63,982 bases of DNA, filler included, from Basidiobolus ranarum (GCA_040143965.1; 3 parts of 3 records of this genome joined end to end with filler, not necessarily neighbours in it); one strand, 5' to 3'; numbered from the whole stretch's first letter, positions 13,301-27,202 are shown. Numbers and translations are program-made. Notes: a model not told the origin generated them from the sequence alone.

Positions 13301-14844
13301 TTAGCTGGAACCATTGTTACCACCTTGGTTACCCATAAATTGTCTAGCCCTGTATGAATTTATGATGAATTAGTATATCTTCTGAAACCAACAGAAATAC
13401 TCATTAAATCTTACATATTCATAAGCTCTGGGTTGTTCATCATATCAGCCAATGGGTTACCGTCAGGAGCTCCAGCTGCGGGATCTCCACCAGCACCAGC
13501 TCCAGCACCGCCACCCATCATATTTTGGGCCCTAAATTTCAAGTGTCAAGATACGAGGAAATAAACCCTATGATAGAAGAACCACTTACATTTGAGCGAT
13601 ATTGGGGTTGCTGAGAAGTCTTTCTAAACCACCGTTGCTCATAAGTTGATTAGCCATGTTCATAAAAGCAGGATTACTCATCATTGATGAGAAGTCCATT
13701 CCTCCAAGGTTGGGAAGACCACCGGCACCGGCTCCGGCTCCAGGTGCAGAGCGAGCTTGGTTTTGGGGGCCAACCTCTTGAAGCTTTTGGCGAGCAGTAC
13801 TCAATGCGCTCTTCATAGAGGCATTATTGGAGTCCAATTCCAAACCCTTTTCATAAGCTTCAACAGCTTCTTTGTATGAGCCTTTGGAGAAGTAAGCATG
13901 ACCCATGCGACTATAGGCTTTAACATAAGTAGGATCGATTTCAGCAGCTCTGATAGAATCAGCGATAGCGCTATCATGGTCACCCAATTGACCGTAAGCA
14001 GCGGCACTTTAAACAATAATTTAGTATATAATAAAGATACAACAAAAGCTGATCAAGGTATACCGATTAGCATAATACACGGAGTTGTTATCATTAATCT
14101 CAATAGCTTGACTGTAGAGCTTAATGGCTTCTTCGTAATCCTTCTCTGATACTTTCTTGTTGCCTATATCGTTAAATAAGTAAGTACCCTTCGAATACGG
14201 TCTCTATGGTTGCATTGCTTCTTACCAGCTTTCTTTAATTCTTCGGCTTTGGCTATTTCTTGTTCAGAAATTTCTGCTTTCTATTGGTGGTTGATAGAGG
14301 AAATATTAGTTAAAAATTACGTTCGGTAAACAGTTCGATTTTAAAAATTACTCTTACCTTTGCTACTATAAACCATACCGAACCGAACCAAAAAAGATTG
14401 AATATCTATTTTCATGGGAAAATATATACAAACGATCTCTACATACCTGGAACTTCTGGCTGAGGAGCGGAACTAGCCTTTGGTTAAAAAGAAGGTTGAG
14501 TACTAATGGTAAATAAATATACGGTAACTTTGCGTCAAGCCTACTTGTTTTGAAGACATCTTGTTTTGGGTTTTGATGAAAACGTCGAAAATGGTTGACA
14601 AAGTCGCAGGCTTGGTAGTGAACATAGCTCTTTGTGTTTCGTCTTGTACATCTACACCGAAAGACTCACCAATACATTGCATGGCAACTAAATAGTATGA
14701 GTAAAGCTGGCCATATATCAAACATCTATCCAATAAAGTACCTTCAATTCCTTCGACATCATCAGCTTTAATCGTACCATCGTTAACCGATTGTTGTAAG
14801 AATTCCAAGATAGAAAATACTAAACGCTTCTTGTTATCACTCAT
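13301..14844 (-). CDS. SGT2: Small glutamine-rich TPR co-chaperone (GET pathway)
   Basis: N-terminal dimerisation domain (KRLVFSILEFL...VAMQCIGESF), three TPRs (YSQAIE, DPTYVKAYSRMGHA) and a Met-rich STI1-like C-terminus. Confidence 0.92.
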
Positions 14845-15232
14845 TTTTAAAGGCCAATTATAGTTTTGGTGTGGAAAGAGCTGGAGAGTAAAGATGATGA
14901 ATTTGAATGATTATAACATTCTCGATATCAAACTCGTAGATGATGATGGAATCATCCAGAATTTTCATATTCCTCCCCGGAAATCAGTAGATACTTTCTG
15001 CAGATCGAGAGTTGCTTGAATTTTCTAAGCATTACTAACCATTTGGTTATTCATTGGTGGCCAGTTCGAAAATGCTAATCACCTATTATTATATTAATTA
15101 TGCGAATTTCAATTACAGTGATTGCCATATTTTTTTTCTATTTTCATACAATCATTGTTTATCATTGAAATTCTATTTCTTGCCTTCAACAATAGCGAAC
15201 TAAGTTGCGAGTTTTCACGAAAATACACGACG

Positions 15233-17688
15233 ATGGCTGTCAATTCATACTATGAGCGATGTAGCTCGATCCTACAGAGTCGACTATACTCCACGGTCTT
15301 TCTCATAGTAGCTTACGTATACACTCTATTGTATCTCTGGCAAGCCCGCTTTTCTGATGGATTAGGTAGAACACTTCTGGCAAAACTTACAAATCTAGAA
15401 TGTCAAACTAAAGCTTCACTTAGGGATTTTTGGGAAACTTTTCTCTTTTCGACTCATTTGGTGGACAATGCTCGTTTCTTTTTCTCTTATTACTTTGGTA
15501 TTCGCTCGAAAGGTTTTATTGCAAGGTAAGCGAGAACCACACTTTTGTATACGAAGTAATTCCAAATACAAATACTGAAGAAATGTTTTATTAGTCAAAC
15601 GTGATACCGATCCCAATCTTCTTTCCTCTATTCTGAGGATCTTTCAGAAGCGTTTTTTGATCATTGGGGCATTGCATATGTTTTCAGCTTTCCTTATTTC
15701 ATCGTATTATTTTGGAATTCAATGGAACAAAAAATATTACCAGTTTTTCAAATATCCTGAAGGGTAAGAAACCTAGATTTCATTATCTATTTGACCATTA
15801 TACTCAGACTCTTCCTTCGAACAGCCAAAATGGACCACTAAGAATCAACGAACTCTCTCTTTTTGTGTTGCTTCACAGCTGTGGCCTAGCTATCTATTAC
15901 ACGGTTACCTTTGTTTTACATGAGAGAAGCCAGATTAGATTTCCTATTATTCAGGTGCTGAGATATTTTCCAGATCTTTTATGTGAACCGTTATTTAATG
16001 CTCTATTGTTTTGTTTAGCAATCCCGGTTCTTTGCTTTAAAAGGTCGTTTACCTACAATCTTTTACAACAGCGTCAAAACCTCACTCCAGTACTTCCGTG
16101 GATTTTTCTTGGTCTATCTTCTTTTCGGCTATATGGCACAAAACAGTGTCACTTATATCCTAGGAATCTTTGTAGAGTAAGTGATGATTTGTAGGAGTTG
16201 ACTTCTTGATATGATAATGAACTTTTCTTTGATCACCTAATTATTATAGAGTTGCTCCTTACCCAATATCCCGGAGTATTCTCTTTGACTTTGGTTTAAT
16301 CCTTCGAGTTATCTTGAGTGGATCACTAATCACTCTCTGTTGGGAGATTCAAAATCATATCTTTGAGATATGCTTTACTGAGGTACGTTTAGCTCGTATT
16401 TATTGATGTAAAATAGTATGATAGTAACACCGTCCACTGCCACCAGTACGTCAATGTTAGCGACTTGAATGTGAATCCCAACACTTGCCTTGTTTCCGGC
16501 TTACAATTGAACTCCAAGCCATATATGCAGGTTCGTGACGTAGATATACTTCCTTGGAGTGTATCTTACGATATTAATCAATCTCTTCTTTTAGCATTTG
16601 GCCTTTTTGGAGCTTTGGAGGATAGCCAAGTTCAGCCCTACTCGTCGTTCATTAATCTTCCGCGACATCGAGAAGAACCCTACATCTTGGCAACAAATTT
16701 CTGCAGAGTGCATTAAAGTTATTGATGAATTGACTGTCTCCATCAAAAGTCATATGAATCCGGATCAAGCTGGTAAGCTCCATTAAAATCTATGGTTCAT
16801 CTATTCTTGGGCTAATGACTGGTTCTTTCAGATACTTCTAAACCAGTGGCCAGTCAGAAACCAAAGCATTTCCAAAGTTCCATCATGAGCGATGCATTCC
16901 CCTCAAGACAAACTGCTTCCAAGACTCACAATGCCACTAGCACCATCCCAGTCAACGGAGGAAGAGCACTACCTTCCATTTTCTCGAAGCCTACTGAAAG
17001 TTTGCCTCAAAGACCTGATGGACATTCACGAACCTTGGGGCCCAATGATAATATTTATCAACCAGTTACTGCAGCCACCCAAAACTGGGAGGGTAAAATC
17101 CTATCACTGATCACCACTCTTATTAAGCGTTGGAAATGGGGCCAAATGCTACTCGTTCAAACCGAAGAAGAGCAAGCAAAGGCCCTTTTCGATAGTATCC
17201 AGCTTCAAATCTGGGCTATTCAATGTAAGTGATGGTTATTTGATATCACTCGTACAGCATGGACATTAACAAGCTCTACTGATTTTGACATACAGCTCTG
17301 TCTCGCTTCACTGCCTCTTCTCTTACTGAGGATCTTTATGGCACGGTTCAAAGAGACATCCCCAAGATTTTGGAATGCTTATTAGCCTGTTTGATCACCG
17401 TTGAGACATATATTCAGAGTCCACCCATGCAATCCAACTCTGGGATCAAAGCTCGTGATATGCATCAGAGTCTTCAGAGACAATCGTTTGCTGTTATTAA
17501 TGGTAAGTCGCAACGCAACCCAAATGAATTCTCTTCGATGATTACTGACACATTTCACTTCTGAACGAATAGTTCTTCAAACATCCATTTACGAAATCAC
17601 CACCGCATTTTACGAGAACCTATCTGGTTACAAGTTCCCGCCTAAGTATGCAGTCAGACTTCAATCTTTCATGGATTTCAGGGAGTAA
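15233..17688 (+). CDS. NDC1: Transmembrane nucleoporin Ndc1
   Basis: N-terminal multi-TM region, AFLEL..IA...PTRR..IF, SLTEDLYGTVQRDIPKILE, C-terminus RLQSFMDFRE*. Confidence 0.85.
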
Positions 17689-18876
17689 AATGTACATTAA
17701 GAACCTAGAGTTGAACTTGATTATATAGATATTCTGATCGATCCCCATTTACTCTCTTATGCAGCCATCCACACATCCACCCATGAACTCTTATTTACTC
17801 TCCCTTCCTTCCACCCATGAAATCTTCAATAAAGATCCCTTGCGCTTCTTCATTCTTGGATCAGATTGCCATGAACTCTATTGTCTCTTTATTTGATCAG
17901 ATGTCAGCCAAGCTAAATTCCATTGAGCACATGATGCTTATTGTTTAGGCTTTTTTAGCCTTCGGATCGTGTATTCCAGATTGACCTAAGCTATATATGC
18001 ACTCTGTATCCAGCAGATCAAGAACAGAAGCAGAGTGAGAGGGATATCCTAACCCTCCTTCTTTCCCCTCCCCTCCTCTCCTCTCCCCCTACCTCACCCG
18101 ATACGGGCAGCACATGTTAAGAACGAAATGAGCTGATTAATGTTGATTCTGTTTCTCTTTTGTTTCTCCGAAACCTAGTGATGTCAATAGGATCCGATGG
18201 TTGGTCAAGAATTAGCCGTGACAAGGTGAGGGAGAGCTTGGTTACCGAATTCAACACTTGGGACTGAAGACCAACGTAACATCCAGACTTTTGACATTTC
18301 GTGCTACCCTGTGCGGCTAATTCAGAGCGGAACTTTTAAAGCAGTTCGAATTACTCCCACCGTTCATTTGCATTTGCATTTGTTTATTAAATTAACTAAT
18401 CTTCATATGACTGTCATTGTGAATGCATCATCCGAATTAATTTCATTCGTCCACCCTTCCGATAACTTTTCCACGATGCAGAGAGTAACTGGAGCTAAGG
18501 ATGGGTGAATTGTGGGTGAATGGTTGAAATGGGTTGTTACCCACAGGGCTAGGGGAGAGGGGAGAGTCGATGGGGTGAAGCTAGGGTTACAGATTCGCAA
18601 TTGCCATGAAAATAGTGAAACTAAATGTATAAGTTTGGCGAGGATAAGGTAACGTTTGAACACATGATAATTAATCCTACCCGACACATGACGTTGATCC
18701 GAGTGAATAAAAGGGGTGCCTCACTTCCCCTTTAACAGATATTACTCTTGTGCTTATCTATTGCATTTTTGGGACGGTAACGATAACCGTAGCGGAACCA
18801 ACATTAAAGTTCTCTCTTCTTTTGACTCACTTTATTAGTATCTTGTGTTGATTCTTCCCTCCTTCTCTACTCAATC

Positions 18877-19943
18877 ATGTCCAAAGATAACCAAAAAAGG
18901 TCCGTCTCCACCCATTTGATTGCCGGTGGCTGTGCTGGTTTCGTTGAGGCATTAACATGCCATCCCTTAGATACAATCAAAGTTAGAATGCAGTTGAGAA
19001 CCAAGGCTGCTGCTCAAGGACAACCACGTAACTTTGTCGGAGTTGGTATTCGTATTATTCGCAAGGAAGGTGCGTTGGCTCTCTACAAGGGTCTTGGAGC
19101 TGTGGTTACTGGTATCGTACCCAAGATGGCTATTCGATTCTCCAGCTTCGAAATCTACAAGTCTTGGATGGCTAACAAAGAAACTGGAAAGGTTTCCACT
19201 GGAGCCACCTTTATCGGTAAATATTTGTAGAATGATTCACTTTTGTCACATTTATCAGGTATTCATCGATACAATTTTTAGCTGGTCTTGCCGCTGGTGT
19301 GACTGAATCCATCTTCGTGGTCTGTCCTATGGAGGTAGTTAAGATTCGTTTACAGGCTCAACGTCACTCCATGATGGATCCCTTGGATGTTCCCAAGTAC
19401 CGTAATGCCGGTCATGCTGCCTACACCATTATTAGAGAGGAAGGTGCCGGTGCTCTCTACAAGGGAGTAACCCTCACTTGCTTACGTCAAGGTAATTATT
19501 CAAATAGTTTATGAAATAGCCACCAGATGGAGTAACTTATTGCATTCATAGCCACAAACCAGGGAGTCAACTTCACTGTTTATCAAGAAGTCAAGAAGTA
19601 CCTATTGGCCAAACAAGATGTCAAAGAACTTCCCAGTTACCAGGCGTTGATTGTCGGTGGTCTGAGTGGTGCTATGGGCCCCATGTGCAATGCCCCTATC
19701 GATACTATTAAGACACGTATTCAACGTGCCCCCAACCCATCTGGCCAATCTGGTTGGACTCGTTTCACTGCAGTCACCAGTAGTATTATTAAGAACGAAG
19801 GATATCGTGCCTTCTACAAGGGAATTACACCACGTCTTCTCCGTGTTGCTCCAGGTCAAGCCATTACTTTCATGGTGTATGAAAAGGTCCGTCAATGGAT
19901 TGAGATTTGGCCAGTTCTCATGGATAAAGAAGCTCAAGCTTAG
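18877..19943 (+). CDS. SFC1: Mitochondrial succinate/fumarate carrier
   Basis: Three PxDxxKxR carrier signatures (HPLDTIKVRMQ, PMEVVKIRLQAQ, APIDTIKTRIQ), KYRNAGHAAY and RVAPGQAITF; two introns. Confidence 0.92.
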
Positions 19944-20527
19944 TTAAAAATTGAATAGATGAACCCCCAATACATATATAAACCCAGTGCATGGATGACA
20001 TATATTCTTGAAAACATTAACACTGATATTTCTAGAAAATGAACATCTCTTTTCAACATATTTATTAACAGACATTATTCACTTTTCGCATTTGCACCTC
20101 TACTCACTTTACCCTTATGCCACAACTTTCTACCCCCCCCCACGCTCAATAAATCAATGCAGCCAACCCAAATGACGGTGGGAAATAATTCATGATTTTA
20201 AATAGAGTACAATTCCATTTTAGGATATGCCATGACAATGGTCACCTAAATTAAGAATAATCAATTCACCTAACCCTAACCCTTGTATACACTCGTATTA
20301 AGTTTAGTTTGATGCTAGCACAACGTCACCCATCAGCTTATCTCTTTCCGTCGGTTTCTCATGGGCTATAAATGCTGGATTTCTCCAAACATTTATCTAA
20401 TATATATATACAATATCCATTGAAATTCTTATTTATAGCATTGACTGAGTTTATTTCCAATTGGAAATTGTAAACAGAGACCAACCCAATTGGAAAGTAA
20501 CCATTGTAGATCGCGGAATTTATGGAT

Positions 20528-22129
20528 CTAGGGTGAGGATGTGGTTGAAGCGACTGAAGAAGAGGTTGCTTTCTTCTTTCGTGTACGTAATCTTTTACCT
20601 CCTCCTACGAACTTATTTTCCTTTCAAAATAATTTAAAAGTCGATAAAATAGTGAAGCGAACTACTAAAGAAATCTCACTTACTTTTGTATCGTTTAAAT
20701 CAACGTTAACTTTCAAAGGTACTAAAGTATATCCAAAGAAAAGTTTTCCAAATGGTAAGTCAAGTGGTGCCTCCGAAGGAAATTCTTTTTTAAGGGTAGT
20801 TTCGGAACTAGTGAGAGAAAAATATTCAATGGTTGAGAATTAACCATAATTAGTGTTAAAAGTTAGTTGATGGTTATGGTTATGGAGTTGAAAGAGTTGA
20901 AGGTGAATATACTTGGTAGAGGTTGTATTGAATCCTTTTCCACTTAGACGACTACCATTTCCTTGAAAGGCACTCCACTTGTTAGGTACTTCCTTTACTA
21001 TCTCGTCGATTCCAAGACTTTTGGCCTAGAAATTATGGATTATCAGAGAGTAATAGGGAAATATAGTCTATGATTAGTATTACCATTGATGAGGTAGGTG
21101 TCTGAGCAGGCTTGACTGGCTCGACGTAACCTACTGGAGGGGCGAAATCGACCTGTGCAGAGGTTAGTATGAAGCATGGACGGATAAATGACAAACAAAA
21201 GATTTCCATTACCTCCAAGTCAGTTTCCACGATGGATATTCCAGGGCCAGTAGGTTTAACTTCCATGACCAAGATTTCGTACAAATGATTATTATAATGA
21301 ATGGTGATGATATCTCCATTAGTTAAAGTAGTGAAATTTCTCAACGCATTTTCAAGTCTAAATGATTCAAGTTAAGGCAGTATTAAGAGAAGTAATCAAG
21401 ATGGTCAAATAATTTGGAATCATTACGAATACTATTGAAAAATGGATACACTGCTTTCGGGTCGGTGATATCTAAGAAATCTACTGATTGTGGTTGTATC
21501 TTGACAAAACTCCCTAAAGGTAAAGTGACATTTTTAACCTCAATTAAATCACCAGGTTCTAAGAGTAGACTTTGCATAATCTAAAGGTAATCATCAGTAT
21601 CACATACTAGTCCTCTTGGTCATGTTAATAATTCCTGAATACCCAATGGGGAAGATATACTCTTCCTTCTTCAGCAATAAATTCTAATACACCAGCATGT
21701 GTGTGTCTATTGTGGAGTTCATTTTCCAGTGAGAACAACATAGGATAAGCGATATTTAGACTTGCTAAAAAAAATCCCAGTTTTAGTAAAGACTATGCTG
21801 AAGAAAGTTATCCCAATTGTACCTAATCTGGCTAAAGCAGATTGTGGAAGTATAACTATGGATAAAGAAGTTAGTTTGAACTGATAGTCCAAGTCTCCTT
21901 AGATAGAAATAATTTCAACATACTTTTCCCTCCAAAGTTCACGTTCTCTCTTTCATTTCCAGGTAACATAGAAACTGGATAACTCCGATAATGTTCTTTA
22001 AAGTTATGAGTACCACTTGGTATACCGAACTGAGGGAAACCTTCGTGTTCATATCCACCAAACTGAGAAGAGTATCCTAAAGTGAGTGAGTTGGTTGATA
22101 AAAAGTAGGTACTAAAGTTCAGCTACCAT
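20528..22129 (-). CDS. UFD1: Ubiquitin fusion degradation protein 1 (Cdc48 cofactor); start codon approximate
   Basis: FKEHYRSYPVSM..ERENVNFGGK, THAGVLEFIAEEGRVYLP, FLDITDPKAVLENALRNFTTLT, ETDLEVDFAPPVGY, AFQGNGSRL (SHP box), LDLPFGKLFFGY. Confidence 0.92.
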
Positions 22130-22721
22130 ATCTATGTTGCGTGTAAAGTTAAAGATAGGTGCTGTATTCTCACTATAATTTACAGAGTGACCGTTGGTTC
22201 CTGTTTATAGAACCTATGCTGCTATTTTCTTGTTACGTCAGACTTTAAGGATCAGGGTTTAGGGCCAATATAAGTATGAGAGCAGGGAACAGAACCGGGA
22301 ACAGAACAGGGAACAGGCTGATCGAAAAGTAGTCCCATTTTTGCAGATCAGAAGTCATAAGTCCCAGATTTAATGTTGATCCCAGATAATCTCAAACCCT
22401 AACCCAATGATGTCACTAAAGATCTGCGGTAAATTCATATCAAGTAAATTCTCAAAGCAGTCAGATATGGCAATACAGTGTTGTGATCCTATTGATAATC
22501 GATTTATTGAAAAATCTAGAAAAATCTAGAAAAATCACCTAGGAAGTAACATTTATTTCCGAAAAATCCGATTCAACATAGAGATTTACTCAGCTTTCAC
22601 AGTCATATCAGTTATACCATTCATATTCACGACGCTCAAATTTATTTGGTAAAAAGATATTTCAGATGACTATTCACAATCTTCAGATTTAAAGTACAAT
22701 TTGTTTAACAGTCACAACCAT

Positions 22722-22827
22722 ACCCACCAAATCTACCAAATCTACCGAATCTACCAAATCTGCCAAATCTGCCACGACCAAAGCGACCAAACCTTCCACG
22801 CCCAAAGCGGCCGAATCTACCTCTGCC
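22722..22827 (+). repeat. Degenerate 9-bp tandem repeat (ACCAAATCT) running into an assembly gap
   Basis: ACCAAATCT ACCAAATCT ACCGAATCT ACCAAATCT GCCAAATCT...; reads TKSTKSTESTKSAKS in one frame. Confidence 0.8.
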
Positions 22828-22927
22828 NNNNNNNNNNNNNNNNNNNNNNNNNNNNNNNNNNNNNNNNNNNNTTAATTAATTAANNNNNNNNNNNNNNNNN
22901 NNNNNNNNNNNNNNNNNNNNNNNNNNN
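22828..22927. other. Artificial contig/scaffold spacer
   Basis: 44 N + TTAATTAATTAA (stops in all six frames) + 44 N, exactly 100 bp. Confidence 0.97.
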
Positions 22928-23338
22928 ATTTAGGATAACATGTCACGCAAACAGATTGCTCATGTGAAATATTTAGATGCCAGAGCAGGCTTGACCATCC
23001 TCACCAATAGATATCACATTCAATTGGGGTAAACCGATAGATAAAATGATTGAATGGTTCTAAATATTACAGGATAATGGCGCTTTTGACTCTGGTCAAC
23101 GATTTGTATAACATTCTCAAAGTACAATAAGCTTGGCTGATTTTTAGCCTTCACCTTCCACAAACCGAATAGGTCACAAGGTGATATATGTATTTTGTCT
23201 TACCTGTTAAATAATACCTGAAAACCAAATATGTAGAGTATTTACTCGTTGCCAATCTCAAACCATTAAAGTTATAAAACGTGACATTGTTCAACAAAAA
23301 CTATCATCGGCCGTCAGTTCAGGATTATATCAAACTCT

Positions 23339-25740
23339 ATGCTATCTACCGACGATTTACATTATACCCCGGTGCGCCCAGGCAACCCAATACAACTGCT
23401 ACGAAAGAAAAAAAATGCTACGTCTAATGAAGAACTGGAAATAATTCCAGAGGCTCTAGAGATCCTTGGACGTATCACAGGACCAATTGTCGTTGTAGCA
23501 GTTGTTGGAACTATGAGACAAGTAAGCTTGACATACTAAGAAATGCTGCCTAGTCAAGAATTATCATTGATTTTCCCAAAGGGAAAGAGTTACTTATTAT
23601 CTAGGATGCTTGGACGTCAAGAGGCCTTTGAACTTGGACCTACTACTGATCCAAAGACATTTGGTATTTGGACATGGGACACTCCATATGAGGTGACAAT
23701 TAATGACCAAAAGGCTACGCTCATTCTACTAGACACTGAAGGTTACCCAAAATATACACCATAGGACCAAATACTTGATAGACAAAGCTAACAGATTGCT
23801 TCGTATTATAGGTCTAGGAGCTCCAAATGCTACCGAACAATGGTTAATATATGTTACGTGGTAAATCTGACTAAATGATAGCCATTGATCACTCAAAATA
23901 TTGTAGGGATACTAAAATCTTCGTACTTTCTCTTTTGCTGTCATCTCTCTTTATCTACAACACTCGTGGAGCTATCGATCGTGAAGCAATTCAAAAGTTG
24001 AGGATCATGCAGGATTTAACTAGGCTTATTGAATCCAGTAGCGAAGCAGTTGTAGATGAAGATTGTGATGACAATGCCGAGCAATTCTCTGAGTATTTCC
24101 CTGAGTGTATGTCGATTCATATATTTTCTTTCCTTGCCTAAAACTTACGTATAAACTATTCTCCAGTCTTGTGGGTTGTTAGAGACTTCAATCTCAAGTA
24201 TCCTGAAGGTGTCAATACGGCAAAGGAATATCTTCTTCGTGCTCTACGAAGTGAATCCGATACAATGGGCAAAAAGGGGATATCATTGAAAGCACGCCAA
24301 GAAATTAAAGATACCGATGAAATCAGAAAGTCCATCGTATATTATTTTGGTAACGCTGATTGCCATACTATGCCACTGCCAGTGAGTAATCCAGAGGAAA
24401 GTGGTTTCGTTGATATTCCAACAGCCATGCAAAATCTTCGTAAGTAAAGGGCTTTCTATCATAAAAATGCAAACTGAAATATTGACCTATCGATTATAGA
24501 TCTAATTCCATATGAGAGATTGTCAATGGCTTTTAGGTCTTCAATGGATGGATTTCTGGGAAAAGCGGGTGCTATGATGAATTTAAAACGTTTTAAAGAT
24601 GGCTCGCTTATGACTGGTGCGTCCTTTGCTCAACTTCTACAAGTTTATGTCCGGCAGATCAACACCAGTAATTGTATTAAGGTTGCTGATGCTTACCAAG
24701 GTATCACTATTTATCTTAACCTGGCATGGCTGTCTTTAAATTTACCAATTTGATTATTATCTGTAGCTGTGGTTGATCAGGTGACTAAAAAGGCCATAGA
24801 TTTGGCTATTAGTAACTATCGGTCTTGCATGGAGTCATTTGAAAACACACATCCTAACGAGCCCGTCATGGGCGAATTTCTAATTAGTAAACATATCGAA
24901 TTTTACAAAAAATCTCTTGATATTTTAAATCAAAATCTGTTAGGATCTAATGAGGAGGTGGAGAAGGTTCATTTGGAGCTGAAAGAGATGATCATTCAAC
25001 AAGACAAGGATAACCGAATATTAAATAGTTGCGTATTTTCGGAGTTTCATGAGAGAAACTCGGCTCTTATTGTTGCAAGAAATGAAATGTTGGTCAACGA
25101 TATTTGGCAAGGGCTAATTGGTAAGCGCTTAAATGGTTCAGAGAAGGATGAGTTCACTTCATATCAAGAGTTCATTGATGCTATCGGCGCATTTCAAAAC
25201 GAGTATGAAAGAAATTGTTTTCCAGGAGTGGAGGCTAAGCAAGTGTTCCTCAGATATCTGGAAAAAGTTGAGGAGAGTAAAGCCAGGCTCAATATGTGGT
25301 TCAAGCAAAAAGGAATGTTCGAAGAAAGATTGGCCAAGATACAGGAGGAGAATTTGCAAATCCAAAAACAAGCCAATCGCATTCAAATTGAGAATGAGAG
25401 TTTGATAGCCTCCATGAAGAGAATACATGAGGAGCATGAAGCCTCCTTAAATATGATGTGGGAGCGTATTGAAAGCAAGCATCAGGAGGCTGAGGAAGTT
25501 AGAAACCAACGGCAACTTCAATTCGAAAGGCAGCAGGAGGCATTTATCCAGATGAGAGATGACGACTTGGCTGAATTCAAGCAGCTTCAACGAGAAGAAT
25601 TGAAAGAACAGGAAAGAAACATGCAGCGAGATTACGATACAAAACTCAAGGCCCTCCAAGAGGACCATAAAAGATTAGAAGCCGAGAATCAGCAACTAAA
25701 AGCAAAGAAACAGAAAAAGAATTCTTGCAATGTTATGTGA
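23339..25740 (+). CDS. Guanylate-binding protein (GBP)-like large GTPase with C-terminal coiled coil and CaaX
   Basis: After splicing: VVAVVGTMRQ|GKSYLLSRMLG (G1), KTFGIW (G2), LLDTEG (G3), DTKIFVLSLLLSSLFIYN, WVVRDF (G4), then a helical stalk ending KAKKQKKNSCNVM*. Confidence 0.92.
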
Positions 25741-27202
25741 ACATCTGAATTCTCCCCATGTGATATTCTGGCATAGTGGTCGATAGCTAATATTAAATAT
25801 TATACTCTTGTCTTGATTGTATCATGTTTAAATTTCGTATGATCTTCATAACCTGTCTCTCAAACACAATACTACCATGCGTAATTTTAATAACATAATT
25901 GAAAACGTATGGATTCCACCAGTTCCATAATACTTGCGAGTTCGCGAAATAATCTTAATTGAATCATCACATAGGAAGTACTTACAATATTTCGGTCATT
26001 AATATCTCCTGTGCATTAGCTTATACGTAGTTGAAGATTCATTCCATGAGGCCAAAGAAAAAGATATGTTAACACACCAAAAAAAGATTGAGATTCATGA
26101 CCAAGACCAAGAAAAGAACTCTGATACATTCTCTTTTGTATACGCTTCGTTCAAGGGAACTCTAGCTCAATTGTACATACAGCTCTCAGATCCCGAGTGG
26201 CTCTTAATTAGCTCGTATCTGTAATTGACAAGTCGTGTGGGTGGGTAACAAGGCTTATTTGAAACCGATTCCTCCCAGATTATTATTACAATATATATAT
26301 ATATCGATATAATAGAACATATTCGATTTCTCCCAACCTGCTAATATCTATTTTCCCCTTCATTTAGTTCGTCTAATTAGGGTATATTTGGTTTAAAGTT
26401 CCCATGTATAAAGTATATTGATCAAAATACTTTCAAAGGTTGCCTACAAAAGAAGTCAGTTAAGCTCCAGTTGTTTTCAAAAATCATACCAAGTTCTCCT
26501 CATACTTTATATTTCACAGTGGCTGCTTTCAAGTTTCAATCGTAGTATGACCGAATCAAGCCACTTCATGTTTTGTTCCCAAACGATACCAATCCAGTTT
26601 AGTTTCTATCTTGAATGAGTGAATATCGTATTCGATATCATGATTTGCCGATTTTACTGATTACAAATAAATCCAAACCCCGTTGTTGCGCAGAGTATTT
26701 ATAAGGAGGTAATAGTTACATACATCCACATGTTCTGGATTCGAGGGTCAGTAATAGTCAGGTTTTATGGTAGCACCGATTTCAAGTACTTCTAGGAGTT
26801 TACCAATTTGATTCCGAAGGTGCTCGCCAGGCGACGAAGTACAACTTGCGTATGTTAGTTTGATATATGCTTCTGCTTAATTTATCTCATTCTCATTTTA
26901 TAGATATATGAGGTTGAATGAGTGCGTTAAATTTGTGCTATATTAACCAATAGTTAATTTCGCCAAAGGAAAGTACAAGGCCTGATATGATGAAAGTAGT
27001 GAGATAGTTTACTTTGATCAACTAAAGACAATATATTGAAAATATACGGTGGCAATTTTCCTAACGTAAACTACTGCAATTACTTGATAAAAGTACGCTC
27101 GCCATTTCGTAACCGATGATATTCAATGTTCAACCTGGTTCGCGAGATAAAAATAATGTTGCTTATTGATTAACAAAATTTGTCAATAAGCGATAACATG
27201 GT

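Noticed and set aside
14009-14063. SGT2 intron starting GTATACCTT as U12-type
   Set aside because: The 5' site deviates from GTATCCT and there is no CCTTAAC branch site.
20268-20283. CCTAACCCTAACCC telomere-like repeat (also near 22395)
   Set aside because: Only about two units in internal intergenic DNA.
22872-22883. TTAATTAATTAA as a biological palindrome or piggyBac site
   Set aside because: It is centred in N runs and repeated identically at 45721: a standard all-frame-stop linker.
23339-25740. Sey1/atlastin ER fusogen
   Set aside because: No C-terminal TM hairpin; it ends in a coiled coil and CaaX.
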